A DNA stretch of 64,000 nt from Anaerolineales bacterium (GTDB taxonomy: Bacteria; Chloroflexota; Anaerolineae; Anaerolineales; UBA11858). Each line of letters starts with the position of its first letter. Position 1 is the first letter of the stretch. Positions 54,335 through 62,768 of this stretch are shown piece after piece. The notes under the pieces are model-generated. The model had not been told where the DNA came from. It saw only the letters and a list, made by a program, of their open reading frames with translations, and did not search any database. The stretch is taken from contig JBARSF010000058.1 of assembly GCA_049644605.1 (NCBI GenBank), forward strand, positions 217,883 through 281,882, given 5' to 3'. The translations under genes and the position numbers were made by a program.

Positions 54335-55471
54335 ATGATAGACTTCACTTTTACAGAGGAACAAGAGTTATTCCGTAAAGCTGCCCGGGAGTTTGCCGAG
54401 ACCCAGATCTCTCCCCTGGTACCCAAGATGGAAGAAACGAGCAGAGATTGGGATCCGGCAATTAAGGCATTGTGTGATGCGGAAATGATGGCGATTACCA
54501 TCCCTGAAGAATATGGCGGATTGGGATTAGGGTACGTTGAAAGGTTAATTGCTCTGGAAGAAATTGCTCGCGTTTCGGTAGCAACGGCCATGATGATGCA
54601 GGTAGGGGGTTTGGGAATTGCCCCGATTATTAATTACGGATCTGAGGACCAGAAAAAGAAATATCTCCCCGGCCTGGCATCAGGGAAACATTTTGCCACT
54701 GTTGCGGTAACAGAACCTTCTGGTGGATCAGATCCCAAGGGCTGCAGCACAACTTATAAAAAACAAGGCGATTTATTTATCCTAAACGGACGAAAGTGTT
54801 TTATTACAAATTCCCATATCGCTGATGTTCTGGTGGTTATGGCTATGGATGAGGACAATCCAGATTCTTTCTCGACCTTTATCATTGAAAAAGGCATGAA
54901 AGGGTTTAAACCAACCCATGAAGAACACAAAGTTGGAATGCGGGGATGTAATACTGGAGAGATCGAACTAAAAGACTGCGAAGTGCCCGCCGAAAATTTA
55001 TTGGGAGAAGAAGGAAAAGGGATGCGCGTGGCTATGGCGGCTATAAGTGATACTGGCCGGGGGGGCATGGTGGGATGCTCATTAGGACTTCACCAAGCCT
55101 GCCTGGATGCTGCTGTGAAATTTGCTAACGAACGAATTTTGTATGGTAAACCCATCAGTAATTTGCAGGCGATCCAGATGAAATTTGCCGATATGAAGAT
55201 CGATCTGGAAGCTGGTCGTTTGCTGGGATATCGGGCAGCCTCGATTCAAGATGTGGGCGGACGATCCGGGAATGAATTCGCAGTGGCGAAATACTTCACG
55301 GCTGAAGCAGCTCAACGAGCAGCCAAAATGGCGGCGGATATTCATGGTGGATATGGGTGCATGGAGGAATTTGTGGTCACCCGATATCTCCGGGATTCTT
55401 TTGTCCTCGGTCCATCTGCGGGAACCTCGGATATCATGAAGGTCATCATCTCGCGCTGGGTGCTATCGTAG
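54335..55471 (+). CDS. Acyl-CoA dehydrogenase
   Basis: ITIPEEYGG.GL, VTEPSGGSDP, and a catalytic-base region near the C-terminus (SAGTSDIMK). Confidence 0.9.
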   Translation: MIDFTFTEEQELFRKAAREFAETQISPLVPKMEETSRDWDPAIKALCDAEMMAITIPEEYGGLGLGYVERLIALEEIARVSVATAMMMQVGGLGIAPIINYGSEDQKKKYLPGLASGKHFATVAVTEPSGGSDPKGCSTTYKKQGDLFILNGRKCFITNSHIADVLVVMAMDEDNPDSFSTFIIEKGMKGFKPTHEEHKVGMRGCNTGEIELKDCEVPAENLLGEEGKGMRVAMAAISDTGRGGMVGCSLGLHQACLDAAVKFANERILYGKPISNLQAIQMKFADMKIDLEAGRLLGYRAASIQDVGGRSGNEFAVAKYFTAEAAQRAAKMAADIHGGYGCMEEFVVTRYLRDSFVLGPSAGTSDIMKVIISRWVLS

Positions 55472-55554
55472 GGCATTGTCGATAATTCAGGTGTGGGCAG
55501 AGGTCGAGAAATTGCACACATCTTCTTGAGAATAACAGGAACCACAGGATTAGA

Positions 55555-56352
55555 ATGTTATCTATCGTTGTTTGTGTTAAAGCGGTGCCAGATTTAACTC
55601 AGGCTGACAAAATCAGGATTGATCCTGTTACAAAAGCACTTACCAGGCACGATATTCCACTGGTCATTAATCCCCTGGACAGAAATGCTCTAGAAGTAGC
55701 TCTACGGATCAAAGAAAATCAGGATGCTTTTATTACCATCCTCAGTATGGGACCGCCCGCAGCTGGTAATGTAGTAAAGGAGTGCCTGGCTCTGGGGGCA
55801 GATCAGGGGATTTTGTTATCGGACCCTGCCTTTGCAGGTGCTGATGCTTTTGCGACCGCATTTACTTTGAGCAAAGCGATAGAAAAATTGGATTCGGTTG
55901 ATTTTGTGATTTGCGGAAGAGCCAGCAGTGACGGTGCCACAGAGTGGGTTGGTCCTGAACTGGCAACCTTTCTGGAGTTGCCCGTGGTTACCATGGTCCG
56001 GGAATTTGTAGAAACCGAGGGAGAAATCTGGGAAGTTAAAGCTGATATTGAGGATGGTGTTCGGGTTGTTCAGGTAATGATGCCCGGAGTATTTACTGTA
56101 ACCCATGAAGTAAATACACCTCGCACACTGAGTTTCTCTGGCATCATAAAATCCCGAAAGAAGGAAATTACAATTTGGGGATTGGAAGATTTAGAACTCT
56201 CTGAAGATCTAGTAGGATTAAAAGGTTCTCCCACGATTGTCTCTGAATTAACAGTTGTTGAAAAGAAACGGGCTTGCGAGATCATTGAGGGAACCCTTGA
56301 AGAAAAAGCGGATATTCTAATCGAAAAATTATCAGCGGCGGGGGTATTATGA
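55555..56352 (+). CDS. etfB: Electron transfer flavoprotein beta subunit
   Basis: IVVCVKAVPD...NPLDRNALEVALRIKE... Confidence 0.9.
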   Translation: MLSIVVCVKAVPDLTQADKIRIDPVTKALTRHDIPLVINPLDRNALEVALRIKENQDAFITILSMGPPAAGNVVKECLALGADQGILLSDPAFAGADAFATAFTLSKAIEKLDSVDFVICGRASSDGATEWVGPELATFLELPVVTMVREFVETEGEIWEVKADIEDGVRVVQVMMPGVFTVTHEVNTPRTLSFSGIIKSRKKEITIWGLEDLELSEDLVGLKGSPTIVSELTVVEKKRACEIIEGTLEEKADILIEKLSAAGVL

Positions 56353-57344
56353 TGAGCCGTGCTGATAATCCGGTATGGGTCCTGGCTGAGCAGATCTCTG
56401 GAAAAACCCCGCGAGTTTGTTTTGAATTAATTGGAAAGGCAAGGAAATTGGCAGATGATTTAGGAGTTTTTGTTGAGGTTTTGCTCCTGGGGGAAGTGGC
56501 GGACGATCAGCTTGATTTGTTATATCAATCAGGTGCCGATACCATCTACCACGGCGTATCACCAGATTATGAACTTTACCAACCTGAAATCTATTCAGAG
56601 ACCATAGTTAAACAAGCAAAAAAGATAAAACCACAAATCATTTTACTTGGCTCAACGTTTATTGGGAGGGAATTGGCGCCCATCATCGCAGCAAAACTTA
56701 AAACAGGGTTAACAGCCCATTGCATCGATCTGGTTCTAAGCGAGGGGCAAATTTTAGAACAGCAAATTCCAGCTTATGGTGGTTTGATATCAATCACTTG
56801 CCCGGAAAAACGACCCCAAATAGCGACTGTTGCCCAGGGAGTCTTTCCATCACCCGAACCGGATGAAAATCGATCGGGAAAGTTAATCCGGATTGAACCT
56901 CCGGGAGATATAAAACCGAGGATAAAAATCCTTAAAGTGGAAAGGAAAGACCCTGTAGGTGTGCCATTGGAGGAAGCACCGACCGTAGTAGCTGGGGGTG
57001 CCGGGGCAGGATCAGTTGAAGGCTGGCAGGAAATTAAGGAACTGGCTGATGTACTAAACGCTGCGCTGGGATCAACCCGTCCAGCTGTTGATGAGGGCTG
57101 GATTGATTTGGATACCATGATCGGCCAAAGCGGGAAAATGATCAACCCTGATTTATACATTGGTGTCGGACTATCTGGAGAACAGCAGCATATGGTCGGC
57201 ATTTCCGGAGCAAAGGTAATGGTTGCGATAAATAACGATCCGAAATCGACTGTGTTTGAGCAGGTAGATCTCGGAATTGTCGAAGATTGTCGGGAATTTG
57301 TGCCGGTCTTGATAAAAAAGATCCAAGATTATTATCAGAAATGA
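56349..57344 (+). CDS. etfA: Electron transfer flavoprotein alpha subunit
   Basis: Overlaps the etfB stop. GSTRPAVDEGW...MIGQSGK...PDLYIGVGLSGEQQHMVG FAD-binding region. Confidence 0.9.
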   Translation: MMSRADNPVWVLAEQISGKTPRVCFELIGKARKLADDLGVFVEVLLLGEVADDQLDLLYQSGADTIYHGVSPDYELYQPEIYSETIVKQAKKIKPQIILLGSTFIGRELAPIIAAKLKTGLTAHCIDLVLSEGQILEQQIPAYGGLISITCPEKRPQIATVAQGVFPSPEPDENRSGKLIRIEPPGDIKPRIKILKVERKDPVGVPLEEAPTVVAGGAGAGSVEGWQEIKELADVLNAALGSTRPAVDEGWIDLDTMIGQSGKMINPDLYIGVGLSGEQQHMVGISGAKVMVAINNDPKSTVFEQVDLGIVEDCREFVPVLIKKIQDYYQK

Positions 57345-57421
57345 GCTTCGTATGGAGATCAACTCCTGTGAGCCGAAACCGGGGTTCATAATCGGATTGA
57401 TTTATGACTGGAGGGCAAAAT

Positions 57422-59464
57422 ATGTCATTTGAGCGTCTATTAAATCCGCAGACCATTGCCGCTTTTGGAGGTGCTCAAGCCCAGGAGGTTATCCGGCAGA
57501 GCGATAAGATGGGATACCAGGGGGAGATCTGGCCGGTCCATCCCAAGAAAACCGAAATCCTGGGGCGCACGGTCTACCGCTCGGTTGCGGATCTGCCAGG
57601 AAGCCCTGACGCTGCCTATGTAGGAGTTAATCGCTACCTTACTATCGACATTGTCAAAGAGCTTGCTGAGCGGAAGGCAGGCGGCGCAATTTGTTATGCC
57701 ACGGGTTTTATCGAGTCGGGAGAAGAAGGATCCAAACTCCAGGAACAGCTTTTAGAAGCTTCTGGTGACATGCCCCTGGTCGGTCCAAATTGTTACGGAT
57801 TGCTCAATTATCTTAATGGAGCCATGCTCTGGCCAGACCAGCAGGGTGGGCAGAGAGTTGATGAAGGAGTCGCGATCATTACCATGTCGTCAAATGTGGG
57901 CTTTAATCTCACCATGCAGCGTCGCGGCTTGCCAGTTGCCTTTATGGTATCACTGGGGAATAAACTAAAGTTTGATATCCATGATGCCATCCACATATTT
58001 GCCCACCAGGAACAGGTTACAGCAATCGGCTTATTCATGGAAACCTTGTCAGACCCGAAAGCTTTTGAAGAGGCAGTCAACTTTGCTCGCGAGTTAGGTA
58101 AACCCATCGTTGCCATCAAGACCGGTCAATCCGAAGTTGGGCAGAAGATAGTGGTTTCCCATACTGCATCATTGGCTGGTTCAGATGTCTTGTTCAGTGC
58201 TTTATTTGAAAGGCTCGGTGTGGCACGAGTCGATTCGTTGGAAGCATTCATGGAAGCCCTGAAGGTGCTGCATGTTCTTGGCCCATTAAATGGGGGCAAA
58301 GTTGGAGCCACGAGTACCTCGGGTGGTGACCTCACACTTCTTGCTGATGCCCTGGGTCCAAAACTTTCTATGCCACCAATTTCAGAAAAAACAGCCCAGC
58401 GTATCCGTAAAGTTGTTCACGAACGGGTAGTGGCTGCCAATCCATTGGATTACCAGATGTTCGACTGGAATGATGAAGATCAACAAGCCGAAAAATATAC
58501 AGCTTTTTTATCAGAAGGTTTTGATATCTCGCTGTGTTTACTGGATTACCCCAGAGATGATTATTGTGACCAATCGACCTGGGATGGGGCGGAGAGAGGT
58601 TTTGTCAGAGCACTCCAAAAGACAAATTCAAAGGGAGCGATACTAACAACTTTTGCAGACACAATTTCGGAAACGGTAGCCCAGCGATTAATGAAAGATG
58701 GTGTGGTAATGTTAGCGGGCATTAATGATGGAATTGCAGGTATTCGTGCGGCGGTTGATGTGGGAGCCGCTTGGAATCTGCCATATCCTCCACCATTACT
58801 CCAGCGTTGTGATTTAAAGGAATATGATTCTGTTTCTGTCTTAAATGAAGCTGAATCCAAGAAACTTCTTGCGAGTTTTGGTGTGCCAGTGCCGGAGGGG
58901 CGAGTCATTCGGGACGCTGTTGAGGCTGCTTCTGCAGCCGAGGAATTAGGATACCCGGTTGTGATTAAGGCAGTAGGAATCCCCCATAAAACTGAGGTTG
59001 GAGGCGTCAAGCTTAATCTCCATAATTCAGACCAGGTCTCTGCAGCTGTGAAAGGATTACTGGAACTCTCAGAGTCTTGCCTGATCGAAAAGATGGTTGA
59101 AGGTGTTGTGGCTGAGCTCATTGTTGGTGTGGCCTGTGATGAACAATTTGGTCCTTATCTTTTGGTAGGTGGCGGGGGAATTCTGGTTGAGTTAATGAAA
59201 GACAGCGCCTCCCTATTATTACCGATCACCAAAGAGCATGTGACCCAGGCCTTGAGTCAGCTGAAGTGTGCCCCCCTATTAAACGGTTTCCGGGGAGCTC
59301 CCCCGGCAGATATAGACGCAGTTATTGAAGTGATCATGGCAGTTGCCAGTATGGTTGAAGATGCCCCGTCTTCGATTAATGAGCTTGATATCAATCCTCT
59401 GATGGTCCGGGCCAAAGGACAAGGTGTGGTTGCGGCCGATGCGCTGATCAGCCTGAATGGTTAA
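57422..59464 (+). CDS. ADP-forming acyl-CoA synthetase (fused alpha/beta, acetate--CoA ligase family)
   Basis: ATG 57422 after GGAGGG. CoA-binding and succinyl-CoA-synthetase-like N-part. C-terminal ATP-grasp (EAESKKLLASFGVPVPEG...YPVVIKA). Confidence 0.85.
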   Translation: MSFERLLNPQTIAAFGGAQAQEVIRQSDKMGYQGEIWPVHPKKTEILGRTVYRSVADLPGSPDAAYVGVNRYLTIDIVKELAERKAGGAICYATGFIESGEEGSKLQEQLLEASGDMPLVGPNCYGLLNYLNGAMLWPDQQGGQRVDEGVAIITMSSNVGFNLTMQRRGLPVAFMVSLGNKLKFDIHDAIHIFAHQEQVTAIGLFMETLSDPKAFEEAVNFARELGKPIVAIKTGQSEVGQKIVVSHTASLAGSDVLFSALFERLGVARVDSLEAFMEALKVLHVLGPLNGGKVGATSTSGGDLTLLADALGPKLSMPPISEKTAQRIRKVVHERVVAANPLDYQMFDWNDEDQQAEKYTAFLSEGFDISLCLLDYPRDDYCDQSTWDGAERGFVRALQKTNSKGAILTTFADTISETVAQRLMKDGVVMLAGINDGIAGIRAAVDVGAAWNLPYPPPLLQRCDLKEYDSVSVLNEAESKKLLASFGVPVPEGRVIRDAVEAASAAEELGYPVVIKAVGIPHKTEVGGVKLNLHNSDQVSAAVKGLLELSESCLIEKMVEGVVAELIVGVACDEQFGPYLLVGGGGILVELMKDSASLLLPITKEHVTQALSQLKCAPLLNGFRGAPPADIDAVIEVIMAVASMVEDAPSSINELDINPLMVRAKGQGVVAADALISLNG

Positions 59465-59551
59465 TTTTCTATAATATCCACCCGCTGACCCGGTTATGAA
59501 TTAACAATCTGAATTGGTGGTAAAGGATTAAGAAGGAAAGGAGTTTTGGAT

Positions 59552-60322
59552 ATGATATCCGACGGCAATAAACTTGAAGACACCATCATTAAAAAGGCAA
59601 AAGAATTGGGCGCCTCGCTGGCAGGAATTGCCAGAGTTGAAGATTTAAAGCAAACCAAATCTTATGAAAGATATAAAAAAAGACCTTTTTACGAGGAGTA
59701 CGATCGAGATTCCCCGGATTACTTTGAATTTAAAGGATATAAATGGCGAGCTGGACACAAATCAGTCCTGGTTTGGGCTTTGGAACATCTCGCATCTGAG
59801 CCACATCTTGATTGGTGGAGCATGAAGGTTCCGGGTTTTACCCCGGGAAACCGGATTTTGAGAGCCCAGTCAAAACAGCTCCGGATCTGGCTGGAAGAGG
59901 AAATGTGCATTAATGCCCTTTCGCTGCCCTACCAGATTGAGTTTGGGGGCGTTTTCCTGAAAGATTCCGCCGCCCTGGCGGGCCTGGGAGTGATTGGAAA
60001 GCATAACATACTGGTCACACCGGAATATGGTTCGCGAGTCCGCTTGCGGGGGATTTCCATGGAGGCCGAACTTGAACCAACCGGCCCCCTGGATTTTGAT
60101 CCCTGCAGCAGCTGTGATATGCCCTGCCACAGTGCTTGTCCAAGAGATGCTTTCCAAAGCGGAAGCTTCGATCGAGCACTCTGCAAGCAAGAAAATGATT
60201 ACCGGGACGCCAATAAGGAAATCGTGGATGGTTCGATCATGGGAATTGATGAGCCCAGTGAGGTTTCCAAACCCTGCCGCTTCTGTGAACTTGCCTGCCC
60301 GGTTGGGCAGGGGAACTCTTAA
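59552..60322 (+). CDS. QueG/reductive-dehalogenase-superfamily-like protein with two 4Fe-4S motifs
   Basis: ATG 59552 after AAGGAAAGGAG. N-terminus AKELGASLAGIARVEDL. CSSCDMPCHSACP and CRFCELACP clusters. Confidence 0.65.
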   Translation: MISDGNKLEDTIIKKAKELGASLAGIARVEDLKQTKSYERYKKRPFYEEYDRDSPDYFEFKGYKWRAGHKSVLVWALEHLASEPHLDWWSMKVPGFTPGNRILRAQSKQLRIWLEEEMCINALSLPYQIEFGGVFLKDSAALAGLGVIGKHNILVTPEYGSRVRLRGISMEAELEPTGPLDFDPCSSCDMPCHSACPRDAFQSGSFDRALCKQENDYRDANKEIVDGSIMGIDEPSEVSKPCRFCELACPVGQGNS

Positions 60323-60569
60323 TAAAAGGGACTCTAAATATTTGGCTCCGGTTCCAGGGGGAGCAGTATCGCAGGATAAAATCTCGAGGTGGTTAGAATA
60401 ATGCCAGAAGGTGTGCCCCTTGAGTAAGCACAGACTGTGGTGACAGAGGCTCACGAGTCATCCGCTCGGGCAAAGAGGATATCGATAGACTCTTTGATTT
60501 TTATTAGAGCACTGGAAGTAAAGTACTTGAAGAGCAATTTTCTGGATCGAATAAAAAGACGAGGGTCAA

Positions 60570-61871
60570 ATGCGGAATGAAAGATCTATGAGTTTAATTG
60601 AACGTGACCATGCTGCCGTGGCAGCTACGATCTACCGATACACAGATATAACCTTTGATCGCGGCGAGGGAGTTTATCTTTATGACCTTGAAGGTCGGGA
60701 ATATCTGGATTTTGTATCTGGTATTGCGACAATGAATGTAGGTCATGGCCACCCGGATGTGGTTGAAGCGATATGTGAACAGGCGCGTACACTAATTCAT
60801 GGTGCCTGTCATATTGGCTATATGGAGCCATACGTGGCAATGTTAGAGGCCTTAAAAACTGTCGCGCCTGGAGATCTAAAAGACGGAAAGGGAATTCTAG
60901 TAAACAGTGGATCTGAAGCTGTGGAGACGGGGATTAAACTCGCTCGCTATGTGACGAATCGCCCGATGATCCTGGCGTTTACGGACAGTTTCCACGGCCG
61001 ATCGATGGGAGCCCTGGCGCTGACTGCCAGCAATACCCTCTACCGCCAGCGTCTCCCCAGCTTGTTAACCGGGGTTCATCACACGCCTTACCCATATTGT
61101 TATCGCTGTCCATTGAAACATGCCTCAGTTGATGACTGTGATTTAGCGTGCTTAAATTTAGTTGAAAAAGCACTGGCGTCAGTGGTTCCTCCAGAAGACC
61201 TGGCTGGCATCATCATTGAACCCATCGCGGGAGAGGGAGGCTACATTGTACCTCCTGATGGCTTCCTGGCAGGGTTGCGCCAGATCTGCGACCGGGTTGG
61301 CGCGCTGCTAATCGCCGATGAAGTGCAGAGCGGCATGGGACGTACTGGAAAAATGTTCGCCGTCGAACATTGGGACATTGAACCGGACATCATATGCCTG
61401 GCTAAAGCCTTGGGCGGTGGGTTGCCGCTTGGGGCCGTTTTGGCAAAAGCTGAACTCATGGATCAATGGCCCCCAGCTGCTCAAGGCACGACCTTTGGCG
61501 GAAATCCAGTTGCCTGCCGGGCAGGCATAACCACACTCAACATCATCCAGGAACAGGGACTTGCGGCTCATGGAGAAGAGATTGGTAAGTTCATCCAGGC
61601 GCGATTTAATGAAACCAAAAGTGAGTTGCCGATCATCGGTGATGTAAGGGGTAAAGGCTTGATGGTTGCGGTCGAGCTGATCAACGCTGATGGCAGCCCC
61701 GCTGCAGAGATCATCAAAGAGGTCATCAAGGCTTTAGGAAAAAAAGGTATCGTGATGACAAAATGTGGTGCCAGCGCATTACGTTTTGCTCCCCCATTAA
61801 TTATCAAGAAAGAACAAGTGGAGGAAGGAGTAAATATTATCCTTGCGGAACTACGCAAACATCAATGGTAG
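60570..61871 (+). CDS. Class-III PLP aminotransferase (4-aminobutyrate/omega-amino-acid aminotransferase-like)
   Basis: SGSEAVE, ADEVQSGMGRTGKMF and PDIICLAKALGGG (PLP Lys). Alternative start at 60588. Confidence 0.9.
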   Translation: MRNERSMSLIERDHAAVAATIYRYTDITFDRGEGVYLYDLEGREYLDFVSGIATMNVGHGHPDVVEAICEQARTLIHGACHIGYMEPYVAMLEALKTVAPGDLKDGKGILVNSGSEAVETGIKLARYVTNRPMILAFTDSFHGRSMGALALTASNTLYRQRLPSLLTGVHHTPYPYCYRCPLKHASVDDCDLACLNLVEKALASVVPPEDLAGIIIEPIAGEGGYIVPPDGFLAGLRQICDRVGALLIADEVQSGMGRTGKMFAVEHWDIEPDIICLAKALGGGLPLGAVLAKAELMDQWPPAAQGTTFGGNPVACRAGITTLNIIQEQGLAAHGEEIGKFIQARFNETKSELPIIGDVRGKGLMVAVELINADGSPAAEIIKEVIKALGKKGIVMTKCGASALRFAPPLIIKKEQVEEGVNIILAELRKHQW

Positions 61872-62062
61872 CAGCTCGATCTTTGACAGAAAGCATATAT
61901 GTAAATATAAGATTCCATTCAAATTTTTGATTTATTTATGTCAAGAGGCTATGAGACAGGACCTTGGTTGGTAAATTACCCCATACTTGTCCTTGAACTT
62001 CCACAAGGATACCCAGCAGGATTCATTATTAAACGCTAAATAAGAATAAATAGGAGGAAGGC

Positions 62063-62713
62063 ATGTCGACCGAAATATTTGAAAAATTGGCTCAAGCTGT
62101 GATCGACGGGGAAGATGAAGATGCTGTTGAACTTGCCAAACAGGCCCTGGATCAAGAACTTGACCCTCTTGCCTGCATCACCAATGGACTTACCAAGGGT
62201 ATTCAACAAGTAGGTGAGCTCTTTGCCAGCGGTGAATATTATTTACCAGAATTGATCATCGGTGCTGATGCGATGAAGGCTGCCCTGGAGATCCTGGAAC
62301 CGGCCTTGACGGGTGATCAGCAGCGCGAGATTGTTGGCCGGGTTGTTATCGGCACAGTTGAGGGGGATCTTCATGAGATTGGAAAAACCCTTGTTGGCAC
62401 GATGCTTACAGCAAATGGATTCAAAGTGATCGATATTGGTGTCGATAAATCTAATGAAGAGTTTGTTGCCGCCACAAAGGAAAATGACGCTACAATAGTA
62501 GGAGCTTCTGCATTACTAACAACGACCATGATTCAGCAGCAAAAGTTAATCGAAAGTTTAAAAGAAGCGGGACTTGGAAAACAAGTTAAGGTTATGGTGG
62601 GGGGGGCACCTGTGACCCAAAAATATGCAGAGCAGATTGGAGCAGATGGCTATGCCGAAGACGCCATTTCCGCTGTTGATCTAGCCTTTAGATTGGCAGA
62701 TGCGCCGGAATAA
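62063..62713 (+). CDS. Cobalamin-binding corrinoid protein (MtbC/MttC/MtgC-like)
   Basis: N-terminal helical cap domain. DLHEIGKTLVG (DxHxxG), SALLTTT and GGAPV. Confidence 0.9.
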   Translation: MSTEIFEKLAQAVIDGEDEDAVELAKQALDQELDPLACITNGLTKGIQQVGELFASGEYYLPELIIGADAMKAALEILEPALTGDQQREIVGRVVIGTVEGDLHEIGKTLVGTMLTANGFKVIDIGVDKSNEEFVAATKENDATIVGASALLTTTMIQQQKLIESLKEAGLGKQVKVMVGGAPVTQKYAEQIGADGYAEDAISAVDLAFRLADAPE

Positions 62714-62768
62714 TATAATTTACACAACGAGCCCTCGAAAATAAAATTCCACAAATGGAGAATATGTC

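Noticed and set aside
58561-60454. Long antisense ORFs (58561-59121 -, 59870-60454 -). Similar ones lie elsewhere (36688-37134 +, 40920-41468 +, 53424-53774 -, 56774-57202 -).
   Set aside because: Each lies entirely opposite a well-supported gene with clear family motifs. Their translations are Ser/Pro/Arg-rich with no motifs and no RBS.
60323-60569. The 247-nt untranslated gap before the aminotransferase gene could be a riboswitch or sRNA. It also contains AGTCATCCGCT, shared with nt ~4777.
   Set aside because: No recognisable riboswitch core was seen. A shared 11-mer is expected by chance in a 64-kb window. There is no attC-like left end or palindromic partner nearby.
61872-62062. A cobalamin riboswitch might be expected upstream of the corrinoid-protein gene.
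   Set aside because: I could not find a B12-box-like element or the conserved GCCACTG-type core in the 190-nt leader. The region is AT-rich with little stable structure. An Rfam scan would settle it.
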